Assembly: GCA_035307765.1 (NCBI GenBank)
Contig: DATGHU010000034.1
Span: forward strand, 127,417 to 191,416
Source of the DNA: a bacterium
GTDB taxonomy: Bacteria; Sysuimicrobiota; Sysuimicrobiia; Sysuimicrobiales; Segetimicrobiaceae
DNA: 64,000 nt
Reading direction: 5' to 3'
Of this stretch, positions 1 to 9,134 are shown one piece after another. Each line of letters opens with the position of its first letter. The first letter of the stretch is position 1. Made by a program: the position numbers and the translations under genes. The notes under the pieces were generated by a model, which did not search any database, was not told where the DNA came from, and worked only from the letters and a program-made list of their open reading frames with translations.

Positions 1-92
1 TGCGCCGTCGGCACGCCCACGGAAACGCCGAGCAACAGGGCAACCAGCGCCGCCGCGAGGCGGGTGACGGTCACGCGAACATCGGTTCCCAT
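1..92 (-). CDS. hypothetical exported protein, N-terminal fragment only (gene continues beyond window start)
   Basis: ATG at 90-92 on minus strand preceded by GGTGA. Translation MGTDVRVTVTRLAAALVALLLGVSVGVPTA is signal-peptide-like. Absent from ORF track because truncated by the window edge. Confidence 0.3.
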   Translation of the reverse strand, partial: MGTDVRVTVTRLAAALVALLLGVSVGVPTA

Positions 93-209
93 GAATTTCA
101 CCGACACATTATAACAGATGCCGCTCACGCTGACACTCCACTGTTTTGAGGAGGCCCATCGCTCCGTCGGATAATACGCAGAGGAACCTCGACGGGTTCC
201 GGTGGCCCC

Positions 210-947
210 CTACGTCCCACGCACGGGCTGGGGGGCGGGGGGGCGGATGAAGATTCGGCACAGGATGATGCTGAACTCGTACAACAACACCATCGGGATC
301 GCCACCAACAGCATGGTGACCGGGCTCCAGTCGGGGGTCCCAAACACCGCGATCCCAGCGATGATCATGTAGGCCCACCGCCACTCTCGGCGGAGGCTCT
401 GCGGGGAAACCACCCCGATCATCGCCAGCGTGAGGATAACGAGGGGCGTCTCAAACGTGGCGCCGACAATGAGGAGAAAGAACAGGACAAACGAGATGTA
501 TGCGTTGGCGGTGATCAGCACGTTGAACTGGTTCCCCGCCTGTCCCAACAGCCAGTGGAGACTGACCGGAAGGATGAACTTGTAGCCGAACGCGATCCCC
601 ATCGCGAACAGCACGCCGGCGAGGAGCGCGAGCGGAATCGTCCGCCGCCGCTCGTGCTCCGTGAGCGCCGGGTCGATGAAGGCGTACAGCTGATACAGAA
701 TCCACGGCATGCTCACCGCGAAGCCAAACAAGAACGCCACTTTCACCTTGACGAGGAACGGCTCAAGCACCGTGAGCGTGGTCAGCTTGACGTGGCCCGC
801 CGGCTCGAGCAAAATCCTCAGCAGCGTGTCCACAAACGCCAACCCCAGTCCGGTGGCGATGAGCAATCCGAGCACCGCGTACTGGAGTCGCTGGCGGAGC
901 TCCTCGAGGTGCTCCACCAGGGTCATGTGCTTTTCCCGGTCCGCCAT
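210..947 (-). CDS. tatC: twin-arginine translocase subunit TatC
   Basis: 245-aa ORF. N-terminal MTLVEHLEELRQRL motif and six hydrophobic segments are typical of TatC. Confidence 0.85.
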   Translation of the reverse strand: MADREKHMTLVEHLEELRQRLQYAVLGLLIATGLGLAFVDTLLRILLEPAGHVKLTTLTVLEPFLVKVKVAFLFGFAVSMPWILYQLYAFIDPALTEHERRRTIPLALLAGVLFAMGIAFGYKFILPVSLHWLLGQAGNQFNVLITANAYISFVLFFLLIVGATFETPLVILTLAMIGVVSPQSLRREWRWAYMIIAGIAVFGTPDWSPVTMLLVAIPMVLLYEFSIILCRIFIRPPAPQPVRGT

Positions 948-948
948 C

Positions 949-3369
949 TCAGTGCGTATCCCCGGCCAATTGGGAAACCGTCACCAAGGCATACCCCCGG
1001 CGCTGCAGCTCTCTAAGGATCTCAGGCAGCGCTCGGACGGTATCCAGGGTGCCGTTGTGAAGCAGGATGACCGCACCGGACTCCGCCCGGGCGAGCACCC
1101 GCGCCGCCAAGATCTTCGGCGGGGGCAGGGCCCAGTCCCCCGAATTCGCGGTCCACATCGCCAAGCCCATCCCATCGGCCGCGGCGGCGTCCGCCACCGC
1201 CGCGGTGTAGTCCCCCCCCGGGGGCCGGAACCACAACGGCCGCCCGGCCAACACACGGACAACGTCGCTCGCCGCACCGAGCTCTTGCCGCATTGTCGCG
1301 TCGCCGACCGTCGCCAGATTGGGGTGGTGCACGGTGTGATTTCCCACCTCGTGCCCTTCGGCAGCCATCTGCGCAATGAGGTACGGATATGTGACCGCGC
1401 GGTCGCCGATGACGAAGAACGTCGCGTGGGCGCCAAAGCGGCGGAGGATCGCGAGGAGCAGCGGCGTGGCGACCGGACTGGGGCCGTCGTCGAACGTCAA
1501 CGCGATCTCCCGCCGGAGGGGGTTGCCGCGCCAGAATCGCCCGTGGCTTTCCACCCCGAACAAAATGCCCTCCAGCCGATATTTCATTTCCAGGAAACGC
1601 TGACTCAGCGTGCCGTGAAACGTGGTCGTCGATTCGGAGGTCCGATCACCGGGCAGCGCCGGCGGCGTCCTGGGCGATCTGGCAGACGGGGGCAGTTCGT
1701 GGGCGCGCGGCGGGACCATCACGACATCCCCGCCCAAAAGCGCAGGGCTGTACCAGACGTCTCCGGCCCGAGCGAGGGCCTCGGCGGAGGGACGGTCCGC
1801 GGGCTCCGCCAGCAGCCGCTCCCGGTAAAGACGAGCCGTTGCGGTCACGTCCGTCCGTCGCCCCTCGAAGGGCCCGCTCACCTGGTACTGTCCGGTCAGC
1901 ACGACCTGCGCCGCCCGAGGATCGGCAAGGAACGCGGTTGTGGCCAGCGCGCGTTCGCTCGCCTGCACCTCTCGCACCAGCGCCCCGGCGTCCTCCCCCG
2001 ACCGATCCATGCCGTAGACGAACCAGATCCAGGCAAGGTGTCCGATCAGCCCGTTGGGCATCCGGCTGATCCCATCGCTCGCGACCGTTACTTTGACAAC
2101 GAACGGGGCCAGGCCGGCACGGCTAAGCGCCCGCCAAATGCGCACCTCCTCGGCGCGGATTCCTCCCCCGATGGGATGGGTGTCCGTGGTGATGTACGGA
2201 GAGATCGGCACGGGGGGGACGCCGGGCCAGGGCGATGCGGGGGTGCTCCCTTCCGCCGCGTCGGCGACCGCGACCGAGGCAAACGAGGCGACCCACGCCG
2301 CGGCGGCGGCCCTCCATCGCGTCGGGGCCCGCGAGGTCACGGCCGGGACGGACGAGGCGATCCGCACCAGGTCCTCCTGTGGCAGTTCGCCCACCAGGGT
2401 GTAGGAGATCACACCGATGTTCCAGTGGAGCAGCGTCGCCACACCCTGCACCGCGATGGTGCCGGTCACCGAGCCGATCCGCACGGGCCGCCCGCGCGGC
2501 GACGCCAGCGCCCCACGGCTCTCGAACAGCGTCAGGGTGGAGACGCCGTCCGAGTAAAGGGAAACGGCGGCGGGCTGCCCGCGGACGTCTCGCACCACCG
2601 AGCGCGTGAGCACGAAGCCCGCCGGGAGATAGGTTGGGAGTTGCGGGGTGAACCCCATGCGCTGCGCGATCTCCGCGGCCGACAGGCTCGGCGGGTTGTG
2701 CTGCTGCTGCACCCGCGTCCCAGGGGGAGCCGGGACCGTAAAGAGATCCGGGGTGAGGATCGGGTTAAGCTGGACGTTCAGAAACACCGAGGATTCCTGA
2801 AGAGTCCAGTCGGCCCGATACCGCTCGAACCGCAGGATCAGTCGCGTCTGCCGATCGACCCAGATTCTGAGCGATGGCCTCCCCGGGAACTTGCTCTGCA
2901 CCTCGATCACCCGCGCTGGACGCCCCGCCACCAACTCGGGGGCGCCGAACCGCACGTAGTAATTGGAGAGGATTTGGGGGAGCACCGCCTGGGTGAGGCG
3001 CTCCTCATCGGCCGCTGGCGCCGGCCGTTCGACCACCTGATTACGGGCGGGGACGTATTCCATCTCCATCCGCCCGGTGATGATCACGATCCGCTGGGGC
3101 TGGTTGCCGGCCGGCAGGTACTCGAGGCGGGTCCGGTCCGGCGCCGCGTGATAGATGCGGACCTGGGAGGCCTGGACTTGGCCGCCCCAAATGGTGATCG
3201 CCTTGGTCCCGGCGTAACTGACGCGCCGCGGGGCGCTCGCACCCGATCGCAGCCACGACAGCGCGTTGTCCGGCTCTGGGGTTTTGGCCCATCCCGGGGT
3301 GCCGACGAGATTCCCGATCAATGCAAAAACCGCCAGGACGGCGGCCTGGCGGATGCGCCGCAGAACCAT
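949..3369 (-). CDS. MucB/RseB-like domain protein fused to a C-terminal NodB-type polysaccharide deacetylase
   Basis: Long ORF 949..3483. Probable start is MVLRRIRQAAVLAVFALIG (signal/TM) at 3369, 1 nt after the anti-sigma stop. N-terminal half resembles sigma-E regulator RseB (GRMEMEYVP...RIWVDRQTRLILRFERY). C-terminal ~200 aa (ALTFDDGPSP...HEVGNHTVHHPNL...LLHNGT) is a NodB-homology deacetylase. Confidence 0.7.
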   Translation of the reverse strand: MVLRRIRQAAVLAVFALIGNLVGTPGWAKTPEPDNALSWLRSGASAPRRVSYAGTKAITIWGGQVQASQVRIYHAAPDRTRLEYLPAGNQPQRIVIITGRMEMEYVPARNQVVERPAPAADEERLTQAVLPQILSNYYVRFGAPELVAGRPARVIEVQSKFPGRPSLRIWVDRQTRLILRFERYRADWTLQESSVFLNVQLNPILTPDLFTVPAPPGTRVQQQHNPPSLSAAEIAQRMGFTPQLPTYLPAGFVLTRSVVRDVRGQPAAVSLYSDGVSTLTLFESRGALASPRGRPVRIGSVTGTIAVQGVATLLHWNIGVISYTLVGELPQEDLVRIASSVPAVTSRAPTRWRAAAAAWVASFASVAVADAAEGSTPASPWPGVPPVPISPYITTDTHPIGGGIRAEEVRIWRALSRAGLAPFVVKVTVASDGISRMPNGLIGHLAWIWFVYGMDRSGEDAGALVREVQASERALATTAFLADPRAAQVVLTGQYQVSGPFEGRRTDVTATARLYRERLLAEPADRPSAEALARAGDVWYSPALLGGDVVMVPPRAHELPPSARSPRTPPALPGDRTSESTTTFHGTLSQRFLEMKYRLEGILFGVESHGRFWRGNPLRREIALTFDDGPSPVATPLLLAILRRFGAHATFFVIGDRAVTYPYLIAQMAAEGHEVGNHTVHHPNLATVGDATMRQELGAASDVVRVLAGRPLWFRPPGGDYTAAVADAAAADGMGLAMWTANSGDWALPPPKILAARVLARAESGAVILLHNGTLDTVRALPEILRELQRRGYALVTVSQLAGDTH

Positions 3370-3370
3370 G

Positions 3371-3865
3371 CTACCGGATCGGTTGGTCCGGGGTGCCGAA
3401 GTCCGAAGACACGAACGTGGTAGTGGCTTCATCGACCAGCGATCGGTCGGCGGAGAGAACGACGTAATGACGCAGGTACGCATCGGTATCGAGCGGCATC
3501 TGACGCGGCCCGAACTGACCGGTCATCCACGCCAGCGGCAGGCCCAGCACCAATACTACCGCGCTCGCGGCCAGCGCCACACGGATCGGCCGAACGGCGA
3601 ACACCCCGAGCACGCCGTTCAGGAAGCGAAGGCGGGGTCCGCGTGCCGCCTCGCGCTGCAACTGCCAGTGCAGTCGCTCCGTGAATCCCTCGCGCGGGGT
3701 CGGATCGGGCAAGCTCCGGAGAAGCCGCTGTACCTCCTGCACCCCCTTATATTCCTGGAGGCAGCTCGCGCAGGTGTCCAGATGGGCCTTGACGCGCTCG
3801 ACGTCGCGGACGCCAAGTGCGCCATCGAGGTATGCCGAAAGGTCCACCGACACGTGCCGGCTCAC
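3371..3865 (-). CDS. anti-sigma factor, zf-HC2 type with one TM segment
   Basis: 164 aa. HxxxCxxC motif (HLDTCASCLQEY) near the N-terminus and a central hydrophobic segment. Sits between the ECF sigma and RseB-like genes; 4-nt overlap with the sigma gene. Confidence 0.7.
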   Translation of the reverse strand: MSRHVSVDLSAYLDGALGVRDVERVKAHLDTCASCLQEYKGVQEVQRLLRSLPDPTPREGFTERLHWQLQREAARGPRLRFLNGVLGVFAVRPIRVALAASAVVLVLGLPLAWMTGQFGPRQMPLDTDAYLRHYVVLSADRSLVDEATTTFVSSDFGTPDQPIR

Positions 3866-4509
3866 CGATCTTTCCTCCTCGCGCTGACGTGCGACCCGAG
3901 TTCATCGCGGAGCACCTGCCGGGCCCGGTGCAGCCTGGACCGTACCGTCCCGACCGGGCACCGCAGGGCGCGCGCTACCTCATCATACGACAGGCCTTCG
4001 ATATCCGCAAGGACGACGGCCGCCCTAAACTCCTCCGGCAACCGGTCGAGTGCCGCCTGGATCGTCGCTTCCAGGTCGGTTGCCTCGGTTCGCTGCTGAG
4101 GGTCGTCGCGCGAATCCCCCATCAGGGCGACAAGGGGGTCTCCCTCGCCACCGATCGGCGCGTCAAGGGAGATCATCGGCCGCCGATTCCGCCGCCGCAC
4201 GATGTCGATGTAGGTCCGACTCATGATCCGGTACAGCCACCGATCGAAGTAGGTTCCGGGCTGGTACCGATCGAAGGCGTGGAACGCTTCGACGATCGCC
4301 TCCTGGGCAAGGTCTTCGGCGTCGTCGTGATTTCCCGTCAGGCGGTAAGCGACGCGGTAGATCTGGCCCTGGTGTCGTTGTACCAACTCCTCAAACGCGG
4401 CCAGGCGACGAGTCGAGCTCGACTCATCGCCGCGGCCCACCGCGTCCCGGCCCCCGAATGGGGACGTCATCCCCTCCAGGCCCTCCAGGACAGATATGGC
4501 CTCCGCCAT
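3862..4509 (-). CDS. ECF (sigma-70 family, group 4) RNA polymerase sigma factor, SigE-like
   Basis: 215 aa. Region 2 (YRVAYRLTGNHDDAEDLAQEAIVEAF) and region 4 HTH (LSYDEVARALRCPVGTVRSRLHRAR). Confidence 0.85.
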   Translation of the reverse strand: MAEAISVLEGLEGMTSPFGGRDAVGRGDESSSTRRLAAFEELVQRHQGQIYRVAYRLTGNHDDAEDLAQEAIVEAFHAFDRYQPGTYFDRWLYRIMSRTYIDIVRRRNRRPMISLDAPIGGEGDPLVALMGDSRDDPQQRTEATDLEATIQAALDRLPEEFRAAVVLADIEGLSYDEVARALRCPVGTVRSRLHRARQVLRDELGSHVSARRKDR

Positions 4510-4524
4510 GGCCTGGCCCCCTTA

Positions 4525-4558
4525 CGCCCTTCGTGTCCTTGCAAGCGTTGGGGACCGG
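4525..4558 (-). promoter_or_regulatory. putative ECF-type autoregulated promoter upstream of the sigma gene
   Basis: Minus-strand sequence GGGAACTT-N15-CGCTTG about 30 nt upstream of the ATG at 4509, resembling GGAAC/CGT ECF promoters. Confidence 0.3.
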
Positions 4559-4659
4559 CAAAAAGTTCCCGGGGAGGCTCCGTCGGAGGGGGAGCCGGCG
4601 TCAGCAGTTCAGGTCTAGGCGGTTTCGATCGAATTGGATCGTGCGGTCGAACCGGGCGC

Positions 4660-5334
4660 CTAAGAGGCCGGGACGGCCTTCCCCAAAATCGCCTTCCGGA
4701 ACTCATGGACGTGGGCGGACGGCGTGATCGCCACGATGATATCCCCCGCGTGGAGCGTGGTCTCCCCGTGGATGATCTCCGAGGTATCTCCCCGCACGAG
4801 GATGGCGAGCGTGCAGCTCTGAGGGAGGACGAGGTCCCGCACCTTCTGGTTGATGCTCGGGGATTCCTCGGTGAGCGCAACCTCTACCAGTTCAAGGTGG
4901 CCTTTCCGCAGCGCCATCAGGGGGATGACATCAGCGACCTCCACTTCCTGTTCGATCAGGCTGTAGATTAATTTTGTCGAACTCACCGTCTCGTCTATCC
5001 CGAGCATTTGGAAGGTCAGCTCGTTTTTGGGATTGTTGATCCGAGCGACCACGCGCTTGACCTTGAATTTCCGCTTGGCCATCTGGCAGATCACGAGGTT
5101 GTCTTCGTCGTCCCCGGTAACGGCCGCCACCAGATCGGCCCGCGGAGCTCCCGCCTGCTCAAGCGTGCGCACTTCGCACCCGTCCCCGAGAAACGCCACG
5201 TCCCCGAACTCCTCCTGCAGGAGGTCAAACCGTTGCCGTCCCTTCTCGATCAGCGTGATCTCGATGCCCGCGGACCGCAACGCTTTGGTCAAATAGTACC
5301 CGACCTTGCCGCCGCCGACGACGATCACATACAT
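4660..5334 (-). CDS. trkA: Trk/Ktr potassium-uptake regulatory protein (RCK_N + RCK_C)
   Basis: Start MYVIVVGGGKVGYYL (Rossmann GxGxxG) at 5334; C-terminal TrkA-C region (ILVRGDTSEIIHGETTLHAGDIIV). Confidence 0.75.
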   Translation of the reverse strand: MYVIVVGGGKVGYYLTKALRSAGIEITLIEKGRQRFDLLQEEFGDVAFLGDGCEVRTLEQAGAPRADLVAAVTGDDEDNLVICQMAKRKFKVKRVVARINNPKNELTFQMLGIDETVSSTKLIYSLIEQEVEVADVIPLMALRKGHLELVEVALTEESPSINQKVRDLVLPQSCTLAILVRGDTSEIIHGETTLHAGDIIVAITPSAHVHEFRKAILGKAVPAS

Positions 5335-5357
5335 AGGGCTCGCTCCCTTCCGCTCGG

Positions 5358-5816
5358 CTACGACGAGTGCGCCAGGACTTCGGGCAGCGCCTGGTACTCC
5401 GCCACACTCCGGTACGGTCGCTCGAGGATGAAGTCCAGACACAACCCCGCCCCCAACAGGGTCGGACTGATCGTGTCGACGCCCAGTTCTTTGTACGCCT
5501 CGGCCCGCAACGGATCGTAGATCCGGGCGATCACCCGTGCGACCTTGAACTTCATCTTCGCGATCTGCGCGGACATGATGTTCGAGTTGTCCCCGCTGGT
5601 CGTCGCGGCGAACGCCCCGGCCCGCTCGATGCCCGCTTTCCGCAGCACATCCTCATCGATCCCGATCCCCAACACCGTCTTGCCATGAAAACTCCGGCCC
5701 AGCCGCCGAAACGACTCTCGGTCCCGATCGATAACCGCGAGCGAGTGCCCGCTGGCCTCCAGCATCAGCGCCAGGGCCGCCCCCACTCGTCCGCACCCCA
5801 GAATGACGATGTGCAT
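5358..5816 (-). CDS. TrkA-N (RCK_N) domain protein
   Basis: MHIVILGCGRVGAALALML Rossmann motif; 150 aa; no C-terminal RCK_C domain. Confidence 0.7.
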   Translation of the reverse strand: MHIVILGCGRVGAALALMLEASGHSLAVIDRDRESFRRLGRSFHGKTVLGIGIDEDVLRKAGIERAGAFAATTSGDNSNIMSAQIAKMKFKVARVIARIYDPLRAEAYKELGVDTISPTLLGAGLCLDFILERPYRSVAEYQALPEVLAHSS

Positions 5817-5888
5817 CGCACCCACCCTCCCTTTGATCCATTCCCCAGTCGCCCGGCCCCGAGGACCCGCACCCTTGCCCTCCCCTCC

Positions 5889-6557
5889 TTACACCGAGCG
5901 CCCGGGCGCTTCCTTGTGCGCGGCGACGGTACCCGGGAGGCGGGGAGCGGCCCCGGCGGAGATCGCGGGCTCATCGACCGAGGCCCCGATGCTCGTCTCC
6001 GCCAGGCGGTCGATGATCACTTCGCAGGGGGCGCTCCGAAAGAGCGACTCCGCGGTTCTCGCCGTCGATCCTTCGGTAAACCCCATGTCCGGCGAGATCC
6101 CCAACACGATCAGATCGACTCCCTTGTCCCGGGCGACACGCGCGATCCCCTCCCCCGCATCCCTGGCCCGGATGATTTCCGCGTGCGGCTCGAGGTTATG
6201 CAGGGCGACGATCGTTTTGGCCTGCTCGAGCGCCCGATTCGCGCGCACCTCCGCTTCAGGCAGCGGCACGCCCAACGAGAGCGTCCGCGGGACCTCCAGA
6301 ACGTAGCCGAGAAAAATCGCGGCTTTCTGCGGGGCCCCCAATCGGCTGGCGAGCTCGACCGCCCGCTCTGAGTAGTAGTGCTCAAGAATGGGCACCAGGA
6401 TAGTCTGGACCGCCCCCACCGAGCGGACCGCGCGGGCGACTTCCTGCGGAACCGCCCGAGGCACGCGCAACATCCACCAGAGCAGGGCACCCATCGGCAC
6501 CGCGAATGCCCCCGCCAGCACGGCTCCAAGCAGGCTGACGTGCAGCGGCGGGATCAT
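5889..6557 (-). CDS. universal stress protein (UspA) family with N-terminal membrane segment
   Basis: 222 aa. N-terminal hydrophobic helices then a Usp-like alpha/beta domain (GVDLIVLGISPDMGF...APCEVIIDR). Confidence 0.55.
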   Translation of the reverse strand: MIPPLHVSLLGAVLAGAFAVPMGALLWWMLRVPRAVPQEVARAVRSVGAVQTILVPILEHYYSERAVELASRLGAPQKAAIFLGYVLEVPRTLSLGVPLPEAEVRANRALEQAKTIVALHNLEPHAEIIRARDAGEGIARVARDKGVDLIVLGISPDMGFTEGSTARTAESLFRSAPCEVIIDRLAETSIGASVDEPAISAGAAPRLPGTVAAHKEAPGRSV

Positions 6558-6781
6558 CGGGCGCCTCGCCGGCGAAGGTAGGCAAAGACGAAAGAGAGCC
6601 GGTACGCGCCGAACCCAACAAACCCCAGCCCCACCAGCACGGCCGTGAGGTGGAAGCCGAACGCCAAGGTGCGGGCGAGCACCACGATACCCAGGACCAC
6701 CATCAACACGGCGGTTACCGTGTGATAGGCGTCGGCCCGAGTGAACTTCACCGCTTCAGCCACGGGCCCGCTCATCGGCAT
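6554..6781 (-). CDS. small hypothetical membrane protein
   Basis: 75 aa with two hydrophobic helices; ATGA start/stop overlap with the usp-like gene suggests translational coupling. Confidence 0.4.
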   Translation of the reverse strand: MPMSGPVAEAVKFTRADAYHTVTAVLMVVLGIVVLARTLAFGFHLTAVLVGLGFVGFGAYRLSFVFAYLRRRGAR

Positions 6782-6950
6782 CCTTCAAGATGCCCCACCC
6801 GCCATAGGATACGGGACGCTGGTTCGATGCAAGGACGCCGGCCCCACCATCGGCAAGTCCCAGAGGCAGAAGCACGCACCGAAACCGCCAGGTGCGGGCT
6901 TTGCGCTAACGGTCTCGAGGGTACGGATCCACGATTCGGCATGGGTCACC

Positions 6951-7577
6951 TCATCGCGCCGGATATGACACCGGGCGATCTCCCTCTCCCGGCGCCTGCA
7001 CCAGACTCTCCGACGTCGGCCGGCGGTTGTACCGGTTCATCGCCGCAGCCAGTCCGTCGGTCGCGGCCACAAACGCCGCCTCAGCAGCCTGAGTGACGGC
7101 GCGGTCGATCGTCAATCGCTCCTCGGCGGTGAACCGATCTAGAACGAACTCGGCTGGATCCACCCCCGCGGGCGGGCGTCCGGTTCCGATCCGCAGGCGC
7201 GCAAATGCGCCGGTGCCCAACTCCTCCATGATCGACCGCACGCCGTTGTGCCCCCCCGCCCCGTCCCCCGGTCTGATCCGAATGTGTCCGAGCGCAAGGT
7301 CGAGGTCGTCGTGAACGACGAGCAGATCGCCGGGGCCGCGATGCCTGCGGCGAAGGAGGTCCTTCACCGCTTGACCACTCACGTTCATATACGTTTCGGG
7401 GATCGCCAGGATCAGCGAGGCTGACGCCACCCGCGTCTTCCCCCAGGCCGTCCACCCATCCTCTTGCAGCTCGACCCGAAGGCGCTCGGCGAGGCATCGG
7501 ACCACATCGTGGCCGAGGTTGTGCCGGGTGTTCTTGTAGCGGCGCCCGGGATTGCCGAGCCCGATCACGATCATCAT
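6951..7577 (-). CDS. pth: peptidyl-tRNA hydrolase
   Basis: Start MMIVIGLGNPGRRY at 7577; HNLGHDVV and GHNGVRSI motifs characteristic of Pth. Confidence 0.9.
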   Translation of the reverse strand: MMIVIGLGNPGRRYKNTRHNLGHDVVRCLAERLRVELQEDGWTAWGKTRVASASLILAIPETYMNVSGQAVKDLLRRRHRGPGDLLVVHDDLDLALGHIRIRPGDGAGGHNGVRSIMEELGTGAFARLRIGTGRPPAGVDPAEFVLDRFTAEERLTIDRAVTQAAEAAFVAATDGLAAAMNRYNRRPTSESLVQAPGEGDRPVSYPAR

Positions 7578-7647
7578 CAGAACGGCACAACGTGGAGGGT
7601 GCCGACCCTCGCAGGTGGGCGGCAAGCACTTCGGGCGGCGGCCGGGG

Positions 7648-7676
7648 ACAGAAAAGGCGCGGGGTTCACCGCGCCC
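7648..7676 (-). terminator. rho-independent terminator downstream of rplY
   Basis: Minus-strand hairpin GGCGCGG-7nt-CCGCGCC followed by TTTTCT, about 100 nt after the rplY stop. Confidence 0.5.
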
Positions 7677-7783
7677 TTCACCACTCCCTTCCGAACCACC
7701 CTAGTCCACGATTGCGCCCGCACGGTATCCATAAAAAGGAAGTATCGGGCACGCGCGGTCGCAGGCAGGCACCGCGGCACGTA

Positions 7784-8524
7784 CTACTCTTTCTTGTCCG
7801 CCTTTGCGGGCTTCGCGTCGGCCTTGGGCGCCTTCGCCTCCGCCCTCGCTGCGGGTTCGGCTTTCGCCTCCCCTTCGGCTTCCGCCCCGGGCTCCTTCCC
7901 AACCAGCTCCGGCTCAGTCGCCGCCGCGCCCTCGACCGGCGCCGCCACCTCTTCCGCCTTCGGCGCCACCACCGCCGCGATCACCTCTTCTGGAGCGGTT
8001 ACGATCTCGAGCCCTTGGTCGACCGGCAAGTCCCGCACGTGAAGCGACGCACCGATGCGCAGCGCCTCCACACTGACCGTCACGTGCTCCGGGATCGCGG
8101 TCGGCAGGCACCTGACGAGCACCTCACGTAGATGCTGCTCGAGGATGCCGCCGGACGCGGCAACCCCCTCCGGCACGCCCGTGAGCACGACGGGGACGCG
8201 CGCTTCGATCTTGTCGGTGAGGCTGATTTGGTGCAGGTCGACGTGAAGGACCTCGTGCCGCAGGTGGTCGTGCTGGATCTCGGCGACCATGACGGTATCC
8301 GTGGTCTCCTCGCCGTTGAGTTTTACCCGCAGGTCGATGAGGACGTTGCGCCCCGCCTCCGTGCGCAGCGCACCCAGGAGCGCCTTGCGGTCGACGGTCA
8401 GCGCAACCGGCGTCCGGCCCCGTCCGTACAGAACGGCGGGCACCAACCCCGCCTGCCTGACCCTCTTGACCGCGTTCTTTCCGAGTTCAACTCGCGGCGA
8501 CGCCGCTAGGCTGATCCGCTCCAT
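7784..8524 (-). CDS. rplY: 50S ribosomal protein L25 / general stress protein Ctc
   Basis: 246 aa. N-terminal L25/Ctc fold (RVELGKNAVKRVRQAGLVPAVLYG) with an acidic/Ala/Lys-rich C-terminal tail. Confidence 0.85.
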   Translation of the reverse strand: MERISLAASPRVELGKNAVKRVRQAGLVPAVLYGRGRTPVALTVDRKALLGALRTEAGRNVLIDLRVKLNGEETTDTVMVAEIQHDHLRHEVLHVDLHQISLTDKIEARVPVVLTGVPEGVAASGGILEQHLREVLVRCLPTAIPEHVTVSVEALRIGASLHVRDLPVDQGLEIVTAPEEVIAAVVAPKAEEVAAPVEGAAATEPELVGKEPGAEAEGEAKAEPAARAEAKAPKADAKPAKADKKE

Positions 8525-8667
8525 TTGCGTCGTCCCCCTTTATCCGCCGGGAGGGCCTGCGCAACCGCGCCCCCGGAAACGAACCCCTGCGCAGGCTCAC
8601 GACCGGTCATTATAGCACTCGCGAGTAGGTGACACAACCTCGGCAAAGCAAGAAGCCGGGGCGTCCC

Positions 8668-9129
8668 TTAGTCCTTGGGTGGGACCGGGGGGTAGCGGGC
8701 GAGGTCGATCGCCGCATCTTGTAGCAGCCGTTCCGCAACGGAATCGGGGTAGGACGCGCCGTAGACGATGCGCACCAAGCCGGCATTGACGATCATCTTC
8801 GCGCAGGTCAAACAGGGCTGATGAGTACAGTAGAGGGTGGCGCCGGGAATCCGCACCCCGTGATAGGCCGCCTGGATGATCGCGTTCTGCTCGGCATGAA
8901 GGCACAAGCAGGTATCCAGCGCCGTCCCAGGGGCCGCACCCGATCGGCAGCGGTCGCACCCCCCATCGCCGCAATTGGGCCTCCCGCGGGGCGTCTCATT
9001 GTACCCGGTGCTCAACACCATTCGGTCGTTGACGATGACCGCACCCACTTGCCTGCGCAGACAGGTAGACCGGGTGGCGGCCAGATGCGCCAGGTTCATA
9101 AAGTACTCGTCCCAAGAGGGCCGGGCCAC
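8668..9129 (-). CDS. dCMP deaminase (ComEB/cytidine-deoxycytidylate deaminase family)
   Basis: 153 aa. Zinc-binding HAEQNAI ... PCLTCAK motifs. Confidence 0.85.
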   Translation of the reverse strand: MARPSWDEYFMNLAHLAATRSTCLRRQVGAVIVNDRMVLSTGYNETPRGRPNCGDGGCDRCRSGAAPGTALDTCLCLHAEQNAIIQAAYHGVRIPGATLYCTHQPCLTCAKMIVNAGLVRIVYGASYPDSVAERLLQDAAIDLARYPPVPPKD

Positions 9130-9134
9130 GTGGA

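Noticed and set aside
709-3423. 904-aa plus-strand ORF antisense to the RseB-like/deacetylase gene
   Set aside because: Arg/Pro/Gly-rich low-complexity translation, typical of the antisense frame of a high-GC gene; the minus-strand gene has clear domain content.
6800-6830. GGTTCGATGC motif resembling a tRNA T-arm
   Set aside because: No acceptor stem, D-arm or anticodon arm can be built around it; it lies in an intergenic spacer with no cloverleaf.
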